From the NCBI GenBank assembly GCA_964410585.1, contig CAYPFW010000001.1, positions 128,001-192,000 of the forward strand: 64,000 nucleotides of DNA. Reading direction: 5' to 3'. Positions 45,682 through 54,808 of this stretch are shown in pieces. Position 1 is the stretch's first letter; each line of letters opens with the position of its first letter. A program made the position numbers and the translations under genes. The stretch is from an uncultured archaeon. GTDB taxonomy: Archaea > Aenigmatarchaeota > Aenigmatarchaeia > QMZP01 > JACQNV01. A model generated the notes under the pieces. It saw nothing but the letters and a program-made list of their open reading frames with translations, was not told the origin of the DNA and did not search any database.

Positions 45682-45734
45682 ATACAAACCTCACTAAAGT
45701 ATCTAATAATAGACAGCACTATTTAAAAGCTTAT

Positions 45735-46361
45735 TTAGCTCTCAACTCCAAGCAATTTCCTGAACAACAAGCTTGTAGGTATGCTCAGCAAGAAGTATAA
45801 CCAGAACCAATTCAAATAATCACCTATAACAGGAAGATAAAAAGGCATTTTCGCAACTAAAAGCGAGAAGTGAAGGTTAGAATCTTTTTTATCAACTTTC
45901 CAATATGAATTTGCAAAATTTATTTCCTCTCCGTAGTTTTGGGTATCTGAATCTGTCAATCCATTTTTGTCCAAATCAATTTGGTAAGTTTGGTTTTCGA
46001 CTTTCAAATCAAATTCGTTTCCTCTAAAAACAGCTTTTTGCTCCTTTGTCAAATCAACATCAAAACCATCATATGTTTGATGAATATAACCAAGCACAAC
46101 AATGACAAAAATCATTGTAACTATAAGCGATTTCATCGAAAGTTGGAATTGTTTTTTGCTTGTTCCCATCATCAAATCTGTGTATCTTTTTGCTTCTTCC
46201 TTGTTTCCATCTTTTTGGAATGTACTAACTTTACTCTTGTAAAATTCCATTTCTGTTTTGACTTCCTTCATCTTTTTTGGATTTGTTAAAAGCCTTGTGA
46301 TGATAGCTAAGACTAAAGAAATCAGAATTGTGAAACCTGTTAACTCGAGTAGCATTGACAT
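45735..46361 (-). CDS. DUF106/EMC3-TMCO1 (Oxa1 superfamily) membrane protein
   Basis: TM, coiled coil, TM architecture; WFWLYFLLS...FRKLLG; canonical position after secY-adk. Confidence 0.88.
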   Translation of the reverse strand: MSMLLELTGFTILISLVLAIITRLLTNPKKMKEVKTEMEFYKSKVSTFQKDGNKEEAKRYTDLMMGTSKKQFQLSMKSLIVTMIFVIVVLGYIHQTYDGFDVDLTKEQKAVFRGNEFDLKVENQTYQIDLDKNGLTDSDTQNYGEEINFANSYWKVDKKDSNLHFSLLVAKMPFYLPVIGDYLNWFWLYFLLSIPTSLLFRKLLGVES

Positions 46362-46362
46362 A

Positions 46363-46893
46363 TCAACTCATTAAGACATCTAGTTCTCTTATAGTTTGTG
46401 CTATATCAGATGACACTTTAATCATTTTTATAGGTGATCCAATAAGTGAGGCTGATCTAACTGCATAGATCTTGTTTATTGTTTGTTCCTCTCTTATTAA
46501 TTTTACTAAATCCTCTTTTTGTGTAAGCGCTTCTGGCGAAGCCTCAACTGTAATTATGATGTTTGGACTGAAAACTTTAAAAAATTTTTCAGTGATCACT
46601 GGAATATGTCCATATTTCTTGCTTCTAACAGTGAAAAAGCCATCTATTACAACAAAACTGTCAGGATCTTTTAGAACTGTGTTCAGTTTCCTTTCCAATT
46701 CACTGTATATGCTGTCTGGCAAATTTTTTATTTGGTCATATGTTATTTGTTCAAAATCAACCTCTAGGCTTTCTAATTCAGAAAAATTGATGAGAGTTAG
46801 ATTGTTTTTTTCTCGTCCAAATCTTTTGATCGCAATTTTAATGATTGACGATTTATCTATTTCCCGAATACCTGCGATAAAAATTAATTTCAT
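46363..46893 (-). CDS. Archaeal adenylate kinase homolog with degenerate P-loop
   Basis: Syntenic with adk; IAGIREIDKSS in place of G.PG.GKTT; VVIDG, P.IIITVEASP, EEQ.IN. Confidence 0.7.
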   Translation of the reverse strand: MKLIFIAGIREIDKSSIIKIAIKRFGREKNNLTLINFSELESLEVDFEQITYDQIKNLPDSIYSELERKLNTVLKDPDSFVVIDGFFTVRSKKYGHIPVITEKFFKVFSPNIIITVEASPEALTQKEDLVKLIREEQTINKIYAVRSASLIGSPIKMIKVSSDIAQTIRELDVLMS

Positions 46894-47051
46894 ATAACCT
46901 TTTATCCTAAATCTGCATCTCCAATTATATTGGTGCAGAGATGTCTCGTGTCCTACGCACTCTGCGAGACACGAAGGTTAATCAAAACAGGAGGCTAAAA
47001 TTTACTTCGCTGTTGCTCGCAAATTTTTAAACGCCTTCCGCTTTAATTACC
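46894..47051 (-). ncRNA. Family B structured leader, copy B2
   Basis: Sense GCGGAAGGCG...GCGAGCAACAGCGAAG...AGCCTCCTGTTTTGATTAACC plus further hairpins; ends GGATAAAAGGTTAT-ATG. Confidence 0.65.
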
Positions 47052-47060
47052 TTTTTATGA

Positions 47061-47276
47061 TTATAGCACATCTGCAATAACCCTGCTTCTAAGTATAATA
47101 TTGTCTCCAACCACAATAGTGTGTCTTCCTTTTCCTATGTCCCTTTGAACAGAATATTTTCCGGTTCTTGGATTATATCTGAGTTGACCAACATAAGTTT
47201 GTCCAGAAGCAGTTGATACATCAACTCTTTCCCCAACATAACCGGATAATTGAGATAGTCTTATTTTTCCATCCAT
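47061..47276 (-). CDS. Small hypothetical protein, possible Sm/SH3-like beta barrel
   Basis: LSGYVGERVDVSTASGQTYVGQL resembles Sm1; ...TIVVGDNIIL resembles Sm2. Confidence 0.55.
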   Translation of the reverse strand: MDGKIRLSQLSGYVGERVDVSTASGQTYVGQLRYNPRTGKYSVQRDIGKGRHTIVVGDNIILRSRVIADVL

Positions 47277-47290
47277 ATTTTCTCAAAATT

Positions 47291-48868
47291 CTAAAGTTTC
47301 CCGAGCATCTTCTTCAAAGCAGGATGCATGTCGTCCATGTGTTGTTCTGTTATTTGTTCGTATAATTGGTAGATTATCATTGTTGCAAGTAGGATACCTG
47401 TTCCAGTACCTATAGCGCTTGTGAAATCAGCAAATGCAGCTAGCATACCTATGCCTGCACCACCTAAAATTGTCAAGGCAGGTATGTAGTTGTTGAGTTT
47501 TGCTTCTATAATTCTAACATCTCTTCTTGCTCCTGGAATGTACATTCCAACACTCTCAATTTGTTCCGCAACTGATTTGGAATCCATTCCAGATGTTTGC
47601 ACCCAGAATATTGAGAAGATCACAGAACCAACAACCATAAAGGCCATATATGTGAAAAACCTTGCCAAGTCTGTTAGACTAAACAGTGTTAGTCCAGAGA
47701 GTGAAGGATTTTGTAGTATCAGCATACCTATTAAGAAACCAACAACACCAAATAAAGCACCAAATTTAGTTGAATTTTTCTTCAAAAGAGAAGCAACCAA
47801 AAGACCCACCATCACAAAAACACCAATTGAAATGAGAATAATTGAAAGTGTTTGACCAGCTGCACCAGATGGTGGGAATAAGAAAAGCAATAAACCACCA
47901 GTAACTTGTCCTGTTGCTTGATCAAATGTCCCAAGCCAGGACAAACCTTTATCTGCTACCATCCTTCCAACAAGCTGAACATTGGCCAAAAGAGCAGCTA
48001 TCAAAATAACTGGCATGTTTGATGTGTAGAAAAATTTGAGAGGCCATCTTCTTCCGAAACCGCTCATAGAACCATATGCAAGAGGGACTTCGACTTTAAT
48101 TGATTGTGAATAGATAGCTATGAAAATTACAAGAAGTGTTGCGATTACAGGAAGCAATGCTAAGAATCCCTGAATAACCTGGCCACCTGCTATCGATAAG
48201 ACAGATTGTAGGAAATAACCTGTAGGCGCAGTTGCGCCTGCTTCAAAAAGCGTACCGTCTGCTGTTATGGGGCTTATTATTCCTTGTACAATTGATTTGG
48301 CAACTCCAGCTGCGATAAACAAGCTTACGCCAGAACCAAATCCCCATTTTGCAACAACTTCATCCATGAAAAGGATAACCCAACCACCAACAGCTAGTTG
48401 CAGGATAACAATTAAATGCGCTCCTGGTGTCGCTGGAACAGCACCGAACATCACAAATACTGTTCCTTCTATTAAAGCAAAAAGGATGGCTAGGATTTTC
48501 TGTGTTCCTGTAAACAAGGTCTTTCCTTCCTGTGTTTGCATGTTCCAAGGGATAATTTTAGAACCAACCAAAAGCTGGAGAATGATAGACGCAGTCACTA
48601 TAGGACCGATACCTAAGGTGACGAATGAACCAAAAGCAGAACCAAGGACAATTTCTAGGAATTGTAGTCTGACAACAGCATCTTTTTGGACACCATAAAC
48701 GATGATCTGTGTCATCACAAAATAGATAAGAAGGATGATACCAGACCACATTAATTTTTGTTTAAAAGAAAGCCTTTGGATCGGTCCTGTTACAGCAGGG
48801 AGCTTGTGAATTAATTTGATATATTTATCTTGCAAAGAACTGCTCTGGGTTGGCTGCTGAAAATCCAT
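47291..48868 (-). CDS. secY: Preprotein translocase SecY
   Basis: LGIGPIVTASIILQLL, KWGFGSGVSLFIAAG, KFFYTSNMP, GTGTGILL. Confidence 0.98.
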   Translation of the reverse strand: MDFQQPTQSSSLQDKYIKLIHKLPAVTGPIQRLSFKQKLMWSGIILLIYFVMTQIIVYGVQKDAVVRLQFLEIVLGSAFGSFVTLGIGPIVTASIILQLLVGSKIIPWNMQTQEGKTLFTGTQKILAILFALIEGTVFVMFGAVPATPGAHLIVILQLAVGGWVILFMDEVVAKWGFGSGVSLFIAAGVAKSIVQGIISPITADGTLFEAGATAPTGYFLQSVLSIAGGQVIQGFLALLPVIATLLVIFIAIYSQSIKVEVPLAYGSMSGFGRRWPLKFFYTSNMPVILIAALLANVQLVGRMVADKGLSWLGTFDQATGQVTGGLLLFLFPPSGAAGQTLSIILISIGVFVMVGLLVASLLKKNSTKFGALFGVVGFLIGMLILQNPSLSGLTLFSLTDLARFFTYMAFMVVGSVIFSIFWVQTSGMDSKSVAEQIESVGMYIPGARRDVRIIEAKLNNYIPALTILGGAGIGMLAAFADFTSAIGTGTGILLATMIIYQLYEQITEQHMDDMHPALKKMLGKL

Positions 48869-48968
48869 ATTTTATGCCTCAATATAGTTTCTCTAAATCA
48901 AGAATTTTATACGATAATAAGCATTAGGTTTTTAAATAGATTGTTTTGAGAAAAAGCTATTAAATCAA

Positions 48969-49385
48969 TTATTCTTCCTCACCTTCAACTGCTTTTCCGC
49001 CTGCTTCTTCTATTTTCTCTTTTGCAGACTCTGTGAAAGATGCAGCCTTTACAGTCAAAGCAACTTTGATTTCGCCAGCACCTAGAACCTTGTCATAGCC
49101 AAGCTCGAAAAGATCTAACTCTTTTTTCCCAGCAGCTAGCCTTTCCAAGTGTTTAACATTGACAGTACTTTCCCTGACTTTGACATTTCTTCTTTTCAAA
49201 GAACTGAAGCCTCTTTTGCCTAAATGATCAGGCTCCCATCTTATTAAATAGGACTTTTTGTGCCTGAATATACCAGCGTATCCTTTACCTCCGTGGACAC
49301 CTTTTCCTCTGTGCTTCTTTTGGCTACCTGTTGCTTCTGTTCTCCATCCTCTATTTCCCCTGTGTTTACGCTTATCTGTTGGCAT
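48969..49385 (-). CDS. rpl15: 50S ribosomal protein L15 (uL15)
   Basis: KKHRGKG..GGKG.AG, GKRGF, GYDKVLGAG, AKEKIEEAGG; start MPTDK at 49385. Confidence 0.95.
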   Translation of the reverse strand: MPTDKRKHRGNRGWRTEATGSQKKHRGKGVHGGKGYAGIFRHKKSYLIRWEPDHLGKRGFSSLKRRNVKVRESTVNVKHLERLAAGKKELDLFELGYDKVLGAGEIKVALTVKAASFTESAKEKIEEAGGKAVEGEEE

Positions 49386-49389
49386 AATT

Positions 49390-49842
49390 TTATCTTCTCC
49401 CCAGATTTCTATAAATCCTAAACCAAGCATTTGGAAAATCAAATTGTAAAATGACGTGTGATTCTAATCTGCCCAAAATTTCAGTTCCAACTACAGTTTT
49501 ATCCCTATAATCATCTGATCCAACAATAGTTATTCTTTCAATTGTTCTTTCTGGATATAAGCCTTCTCTAGCGGGAAATACCAAATTTGTTGTACCGTAT
49601 GCTTCTCTTGCTCTAGATCCTGTATGTTGTAATAGATTTCTTTTGTGTAAACTCAAAAAGTCATTTACAGGAACCAATAAACCAAAACTTAGAGATGTAT
49701 CAAAAACACCTTGACGAGCAGTATCATCTCCCACTACTCTAAAATCTAAATATGGTCTGTGACCTTCTATGTAGCCCTCTACAAACAAATCCGTCTTTGC
49801 TTCTTCAAATTGTTTTCCAGTTAATGGAATAGCTGCTGGCAT
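49390..49842 (-). CDS. Degenerate clan AA aspartic-protease-like protein, paralog 1
   Basis: RPYLDF.V.GD...VFDTSLS.GLLVP...TVVGTEIL. Confidence 0.55.
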   Translation of the reverse strand: MPAAIPLTGKQFEEAKTDLFVEGYIEGHRPYLDFRVVGDDTARQGVFDTSLSFGLLVPVNDFLSLHKRNLLQHTGSRAREAYGTTNLVFPAREGLYPERTIERITIVGSDDYRDKTVVGTEILGRLESHVILQFDFPNAWFRIYRNLGRR

Positions 49843-49846
49843 AATT

Positions 49847-50296
49847 TTATTCCTCAACCATTTTCATTATCTTAACTTTTCCAGGTTCTGATCTGTCTAA
49901 GTGCGCTCCGGAACCAATTCCTGCAAGGAAGCTTGTTCCAAGTGCATAGACGCCTTTTTCTCCTCTGTGCTCTTCTACACCCATTACGTAGAGGTCAAAG
50001 CGTCTTTCTGGTGTACCGTCGCCGTTTTGGGGTATTACGATTCTAACAGATCCATATCTCGGACCACCATTTACTTGAGGCGGTGATCCTCTTATTAAAT
50101 TCCTCGAATCTAAATCATTAAACACATCTAGTGGCAAAAGGATTCCTGGTGATAATTGTGGATCCAAAAAAGCTGATCTGCTTTCAGGATCGCCTTCGAC
50201 ATTGAAATCGAGATAAGCCCTCCCATCTCTTTCATGTGCCACAAGGAAGACTTCAGGTCTTCCTTGGCTTACAGGATAATCAAACCTTGGTCTCAT
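49847..50296 (-). CDS. Degenerate clan AA aspartic-protease-like protein, paralog 2
   Basis: RAYLDF.V.GD...FLDPQLS.GILLP...ALGTSFL; ATGA overlap with the rpl30 stop. Confidence 0.55.
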   Translation of the reverse strand: MRPRFDYPVSQGRPEVFLVAHERDGRAYLDFNVEGDPESRSAFLDPQLSPGILLPLDVFNDLDSRNLIRGSPPQVNGGPRYGSVRIVIPQNGDGTPERRFDLYVMGVEEHRGEKGVYALGTSFLAGIGSGAHLDRSEPGKVKIMKMVEE

Positions 50297-50715
50297 ATCA
50301 TTTTCTCAAGCAACTCATTTATCTTCTCTGCTCTGTATCCCAAATCACCCTTAGGAAATGGTTGTTTTGTGTTTTTGTATCCCTTTGAAGGTGGATGAAG
50401 TCTGAAAACTGGGTTCAAACCAGACTTTTTTGATCCTTCTTTTAAAACTTTTTGAGCAAGATTTTTGACATCTTTTTCTTCAACTCTTTTTTCCTGTGGG
50501 AGCCTGCCTCTTTTCAATAAAAGCTTTTCCAAAACAGGATTACTGATTTCGCCCCATGAGATGAAATCCTTAGAAAGCATTAGCATACCTTTGTTTGTTG
50601 GGTTATCTTGTAGAAGCACACATTGGTTTGTCCTAGTTAATCTAAGCATTTTCATTGTGTCTTTTATGTCTCTTCTGACGTTCACACTTCCACGAATTCT
50701 TATTGCAGCAAACAT
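50293..50715 (-). CDS. rpl30: 50S ribosomal protein L30 (uL30)
   Basis: AIRIRG, TMKMLRL, FRLHPP..GY, GDLGYR...INELL. Confidence 0.96.
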   Translation of the reverse strand: MFAAIRIRGSVNVRRDIKDTMKMLRLTRTNQCVLLQDNPTNKGMLMLSKDFISWGEISNPVLEKLLLKRGRLPQEKRVEEKDVKNLAQKVLKEGSKKSGLNPVFRLHPPSKGYKNTKQPFPKGDLGYRAEKINELLEKMI

Positions 50716-50782
50716 ATTGTTTCCGATACCTCCCTGATAACATCAGGGTTTCTATTTTAGTATTGTTAACCAATTGAACAAA

Positions 50783-51544
50783 CTAAATATCTCCTTTTGT
50801 TGTACTTAGTTTTTTCAAAGCCTCAATGACAGCATACGACATGTTATTTCTTGTTGAAGTTTGGCCGAAAGTTTTGACCCAAACATCTTTTATCCCAGCA
50901 AGCCTTAGGATTTTTTTAGCTTCATCATGTGCAGCTAAACCTAAACCTTTTGGTGCAGGTTTTAAAACAACTGAAACAGAACCATATTTCCCCTCAACTG
51001 TGAAAGGTATTGAGTGATCACCAGAGCAACCACATTCCCAAGAACCGCATCCTTTTTTGATTGGCATTATTCCTAATTTTGCTTGATATAATGCTTTTTC
51101 CAAAGCTTTTCTAGGTTCAGCAGAAGCTTCTTTCCCAATTCCTATAATTCCTTTCTCATCTCCAACCACAATCATTGCAGACATTGTGTACCTTCTTCCT
51201 GACTTGTGCATTCTTGTCGTTGTTTTTGTTGCTGTTCTTTTGACTCCACCACCTTTTCCAGGAGATCCACCAATATAAATGACTTCTTCTTTTAGTTCAG
51301 GAACTAAATAATCAACAATTTCCGGCTCCAAAATTACTATACCCTTCTTAAGAATTTGGTAAATATCTGTATATTTTCCATTTACAACATCTCGTCCTAA
51401 TTCTGTTTTAGGAATCCAATCTTTTGGGGTTTTTTTCTCTATTTTAGGGACCTCAGCTTCTACTTCTTTTATTACTTCCTCTATTTGTTCCTTTGCTTCT
51501 TGAGGAGGTTCTTCAACTGTAATTGCTAATTGCTCTGCTGTCAT
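50783..51544 (-). CDS. rps5: 30S ribosomal protein S5 (uS5)
   Basis: WIPKTELGR, RMHKSGRR, GCGSWEC, PAPKGLGL, AGIKDVW; start at 51544. Confidence 0.97.
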   Translation of the reverse strand: MTAEQLAITVEEPPQEAKEQIEEVIKEVEAEVPKIEKKTPKDWIPKTELGRDVVNGKYTDIYQILKKGIVILEPEIVDYLVPELKEEVIYIGGSPGKGGGVKRTATKTTTRMHKSGRRYTMSAMIVVGDEKGIIGIGKEASAEPRKALEKALYQAKLGIMPIKKGCGSWECGCSGDHSIPFTVEGKYGSVSVVLKPAPKGLGLAAHDEAKKILRLAGIKDVWVKTFGQTSTRNNMSYAVIEALKKLSTTKGDI

Positions 51545-51569
51545 ATTGCATAATATACTAAACAGGTAT

Positions 51570-51881
51570 TTATAAATACCCAGTCGGTTGTTCTTCGCGT
51601 ACTCCAAAATGTTTTTTCAAATCATTTTCGAGAAGTCTTCTGGAAACTAGGACTTCTCCATCCTTTCCTAAATGTGATAATAAAATTTGTTCATCAGGGC
51701 TTCCAGTTTTAATTGGCTCTAAAACAGGCCTATTATTTTCTATTCCAACAACTCTAAAATATGGTATAAATGCAAAATCTTTTTGGCCAGCCCAACCATA
51801 TGAATGGGTTCTGACATTCAGTGCAAAAATTCTTGGCTCTTCTTCAGGATTGCCATTTATTGAAATGTATATTCTTCCCAT
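51570..51881 (-). CDS. Hypothetical protein
   Basis: About 100-aa ORF between bud32 and rps5. Confidence 0.55.
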   Translation of the reverse strand: MGRIYISINGNPEEEPRIFALNVRTHSYGWAGQKDFAFIPYFRVVGIENNRPVLEPIKTGSPDEQILLSHLGKDGEVLVSRRLLENDLKKHFGVREEQPTGYL

Positions 51882-51955
51882 CAAATTATAGAACAAGCAA
51901 ATTTTAAATATTTGTATTTATCTGCCACACCTTTCTTTGAGAGTAAGTAAAGTAG

Positions 51956-52570
51956 CTAGTCTGTTTTATATCTTCTTCTCTTTCCAATTTCTTCAAACCT
52001 TTTTAGGACCTCTTTTGAATTTGAATAGTTTTTGTATGCTTCCAAGATATTTTTCCAGGCCTCTTCGAGGATTCCGAAGTGCGTTGATTTCAGGGCTTCA
52101 TACAATAAAAACAAGTCAACTGCTTGATCTTCAATTTTTTTTGAAAATTTTCCTAAACTAAAGTCTATGAAATAGACTTCATTTCCTTGGACAATTATAT
52201 TTGAAGTTGTCAAATCGCCATGTATGATTGATGCTGAATGAAGTTTGGAAATGTTTTCACCAATTTTTCTACAAACAGAAGAAAGTTGAAAACCCTTCAT
52301 CAAATTTAGGACGTCTTTTAGTTTATGTCCATCTAAATATTCCAAATAAATTTTGAATTTTTCCCTTTCTAAAACTTTGGGAACTTTGACATTTGCACGT
52401 CTTGCCTTATCTAAAAGGCTGATTTCAGCTGAAGTTCTTTCTTTTCTTAGTTTCTCGTCGAGCTCTTTTATTCTATATCCTTTTGAAATTCTTTCTTTTA
52501 TTAAACATTCTTCACCTTCAAACTTGTCCAAATACAAAACAGCTTCTGCGCCTCTAGCCAAAATTTTCAT
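51956..52570 (-). CDS. bud32: KEOPS kinase Bud32
   Basis: RGAEA, K.YR...LD..LR..RT, IIHGDLTTSN, IDF. Confidence 0.95.
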   Translation of the reverse strand: MKILARGAEAVLYLDKFEGEECLIKERISKGYRIKELDEKLRKERTSAEISLLDKARRANVKVPKVLEREKFKIYLEYLDGHKLKDVLNLMKGFQLSSVCRKIGENISKLHSASIIHGDLTTSNIIVQGNEVYFIDFSLGKFSKKIEDQAVDLFLLYEALKSTHFGILEEAWKNILEAYKNYSNSKEVLKRFEEIGKRRRYKTD

Positions 52571-52604
52571 ATAAGAATATTAACACAGACAGAGAATAAA
52601 TACA

Positions 52605-53165
52605 ATGTCAAATGATTCTGAGGATGATTTAGGTGGGCTTCCAAATCCCGATAGATTGGTTAGCATATTTTCAGAGAACACGACAAGACAACAAGTAGAA
52701 AAGGCCTTAGCTGACGCTGGCTATACTGGATCATATACTTCTGCTAGAAGAGAGTATTTGATTTTGAGACATGCTCAAAGCCAGTTTAGAAGAGAATTAA
52801 ATCATGGGCATGATAAATTAGCAAAAACAAACGGAAGCAAATCTGGTATCCCCAATTCACATTCTAACGGTTCACCATCTTATACTGAAAATGAAGACAA
52901 ACCTAGAAAAAACAGAACTAGAAAACCAGCAGACAGAAAAATATATAGAAAACCAAAAGAGGCGCAATCAGAAAGACCCAAAAAAAGGTATGTGGAATCG
53001 TCTTTATACCTTGTCTATCCAGACCCAAAACACACTGAAGGTTTTCAAAGTGAAGAAAAAGCAAGAGGATATGTAGAAGGTCTTGTTGGGCATGTTGATT
53101 TTTCCAAAGTAGAAGTTTATAGAAAAATAAATTTTAGAGTAGTTACTAAGATTTCAATTGTTTAG
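52605..53165 (+). CDS. Hypothetical protein with disordered basic linker
   Basis: 186-aa ORF divergent from bud32. Confidence 0.65.
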   Translation: MSNDSEDDLGGLPNPDRLVSIFSENTTRQQVEKALADAGYTGSYTSARREYLILRHAQSQFRRELNHGHDKLAKTNGSKSGIPNSHSNGSPSYTENEDKPRKNRTRKPADRKIYRKPKEAQSERPKKRYVESSLYLVYPDPKHTEGFQSEEKARGYVEGLVGHVDFSKVEVYRKINFRVVTKISIV

Positions 53166-53481
53166 TTCCTTTCTCAAACTTCAAAGAATCAGACAAAACG
53201 CAAAACCTCTTTCCTGCTTTTGGATCCGTATCACCACAAATCTTCCCATCATCAAAAACATGGCCCAGATGCTGGCCACATTTTACACAAAGAATTTCTG
53301 TTCTAAGCATTCCAAAAGAAGTGTCTGATTTTGTTTTTATCGCGCCCTTCTTTGCTTCCCTAAAACTTGGCCAAGCTGTCCCAGATTTAAATTTTGAATC
53401 TGAATCAAAAAGCTCAGACCTACATTTTGAGCATTTAAACTCTCCCTTTTCCCAGAAGTCAGTGAATTTTTCTTGTGTCAT
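53146..53481 (-). CDS. msrB: Methionine-R-sulfoxide reductase
   Basis: KF.SGT.WPSF, RTEI.C..C..HLGHVF.DG, RFC. Confidence 0.95.
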   Translation of the reverse strand: MTQEKFTDFWEKGEFKCSKCRSELFDSDSKFKSGTAWPSFREAKKGAIKTKSDTSFGMLRTEILCVKCGQHLGHVFDDGKICGDTDPKAGKRFCVLSDSLKFEKGTKQLKS

Positions 53482-53993
53482 ACTTCAATCCCAAAATGTT
53501 TTTCCAACAAAAACAAAAGTTCTGGGTGGAATTTTTCTCCTGAATCGATCATTTTCTGGATTTTTTCCAGTGAGAAAAATTCTATTTTTTCAACTTCCTT
53601 TGGATTTATTTTAAATTGGCCACTGTATATCACTTTGAAAGTTTCAAGAAATTTTTTCATCTCAAATCTTGGATCATTGTAGATATCTTTGTACAAAAGT
53701 TTAAGATTCGGTTTAAACCCTAGCTCCTCTTCACATTCTCTGGACGCAGCTTGTTCGTATGTTTCCCCGGATTGAACATGACCACCTGCTGAAGTAGACC
53801 AGTGACCTGGAGTAAATTTTTTCTTTTTGCTTCTCAGCTGCAAAGCTATTTCCCCATTCTTGTTGAACAGCAAAACATGTACAATTCTATGTGCTAGATG
53901 TTTTGTGTAAATTTCTTCCTGTGAAGCTTTACCAACAATTTCATCTTTTTCATTTACAATGTCCATGAGTTCTTCGCTATATCTCGATTTCAT
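53478..53993 (-). CDS. NUDIX hydrolase (IDI/YfcD-like)
   Basis: HRIVHV, LQLRS..K..PG.W.SAGGH, RECEEELG. Confidence 0.9.
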   Translation of the reverse strand: MKSRYSEELMDIVNEKDEIVGKASQEEIYTKHLAHRIVHVLLFNKNGEIALQLRSKKKKFTPGHWSTSAGGHVQSGETYEQAASRECEEELGFKPNLKLLYKDIYNDPRFEMKKFLETFKVIYSGQFKINPKEVEKIEFFSLEKIQKMIDSGEKFHPELLFLLEKHFGIEV

Positions 53994-54808
53994 ATATTCG
54001 GATTAATAACATTTCCGATCTCCTCCAAAACATCTGTTGCCAAAAGAGATTCACCGAATTTTTTTGCGGCTAAGTCGCCAGCCGAACCAGAGATAAATGC
54101 AGATGCACAAGCCGCTTTTAGCGGTTTTATTCCGCGAGCTAAAAGTGCGCCGCAAATCCCAGCCAACACGTCTCCTGTGCCTGCTTTTGTCATATATGGG
54201 TTCCCTGTATGATTTTCCCAAACTTCTTTTCCATCTGATATCAGATCTATATGTCCTTTGAGTAGAACAACACAGTCTGTTCCTTTAGCATATTCTTTCA
54301 GAAGTTCTTTCCTAGACTCCAAATCTTCTGGGACTTTTTCTTGCGTCATGATTGCAAATTCGCCTGCATGCGATGTCAAAACAAAATTTGAGGAAAGTTT
54401 TCTTTCAATAAATTTCAAAGCATCGCCATCTACAACGCATGGTTTTTTTATTTTGAACATTTCCTGACAAAGTTTTTGTGAGTTTTCACCTAAACCATTT
54501 CCAAAAACAATAGCGTCTGACTGTATTTTTTCAATTGTTTTGAAATGTTCTCTGTCTAAGTAGTCTCCTTGAAGTGGATATGTAATTAAATTTGGAGAAA
54601 AAGAAGCGACAATATCTGCAGCTCTTCTGGGAGCACAAACTGAAACCAAATCACAGCCGCTTCTAAAAGCAGCTAATGCAACTAGCGCAGGTGCGCCTGT
54701 ATACTCTTTTGATCCGCCGACAACCAGAAGTTTTCCAAAATCACCCTTTCTAGAATTTTCAGGGCGTTTTTTGTAGATTTCTTTAAGGATTTCCTGATTT
54801 ATTTTCAT
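53990..54808 (-). CDS. nnrD: ADP/ATP-dependent NAD(P)HX dehydratase
   Basis: KGDFGKLLVVGGS..YTGAP, H.GEF, GTGDVLAG; start MKINQE at 54808. Confidence 0.93.
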   Translation of the reverse strand: MKINQEILKEIYKKRPENSRKGDFGKLLVVGGSKEYTGAPALVALAAFRSGCDLVSVCAPRRAADIVASFSPNLITYPLQGDYLDREHFKTIEKIQSDAIVFGNGLGENSQKLCQEMFKIKKPCVVDGDALKFIERKLSSNFVLTSHAGEFAIMTQEKVPEDLESRKELLKEYAKGTDCVVLLKGHIDLISDGKEVWENHTGNPYMTKAGTGDVLAGICGALLARGIKPLKAACASAFISGSAGDLAAKKFGESLLATDVLEEIGNVINPNI

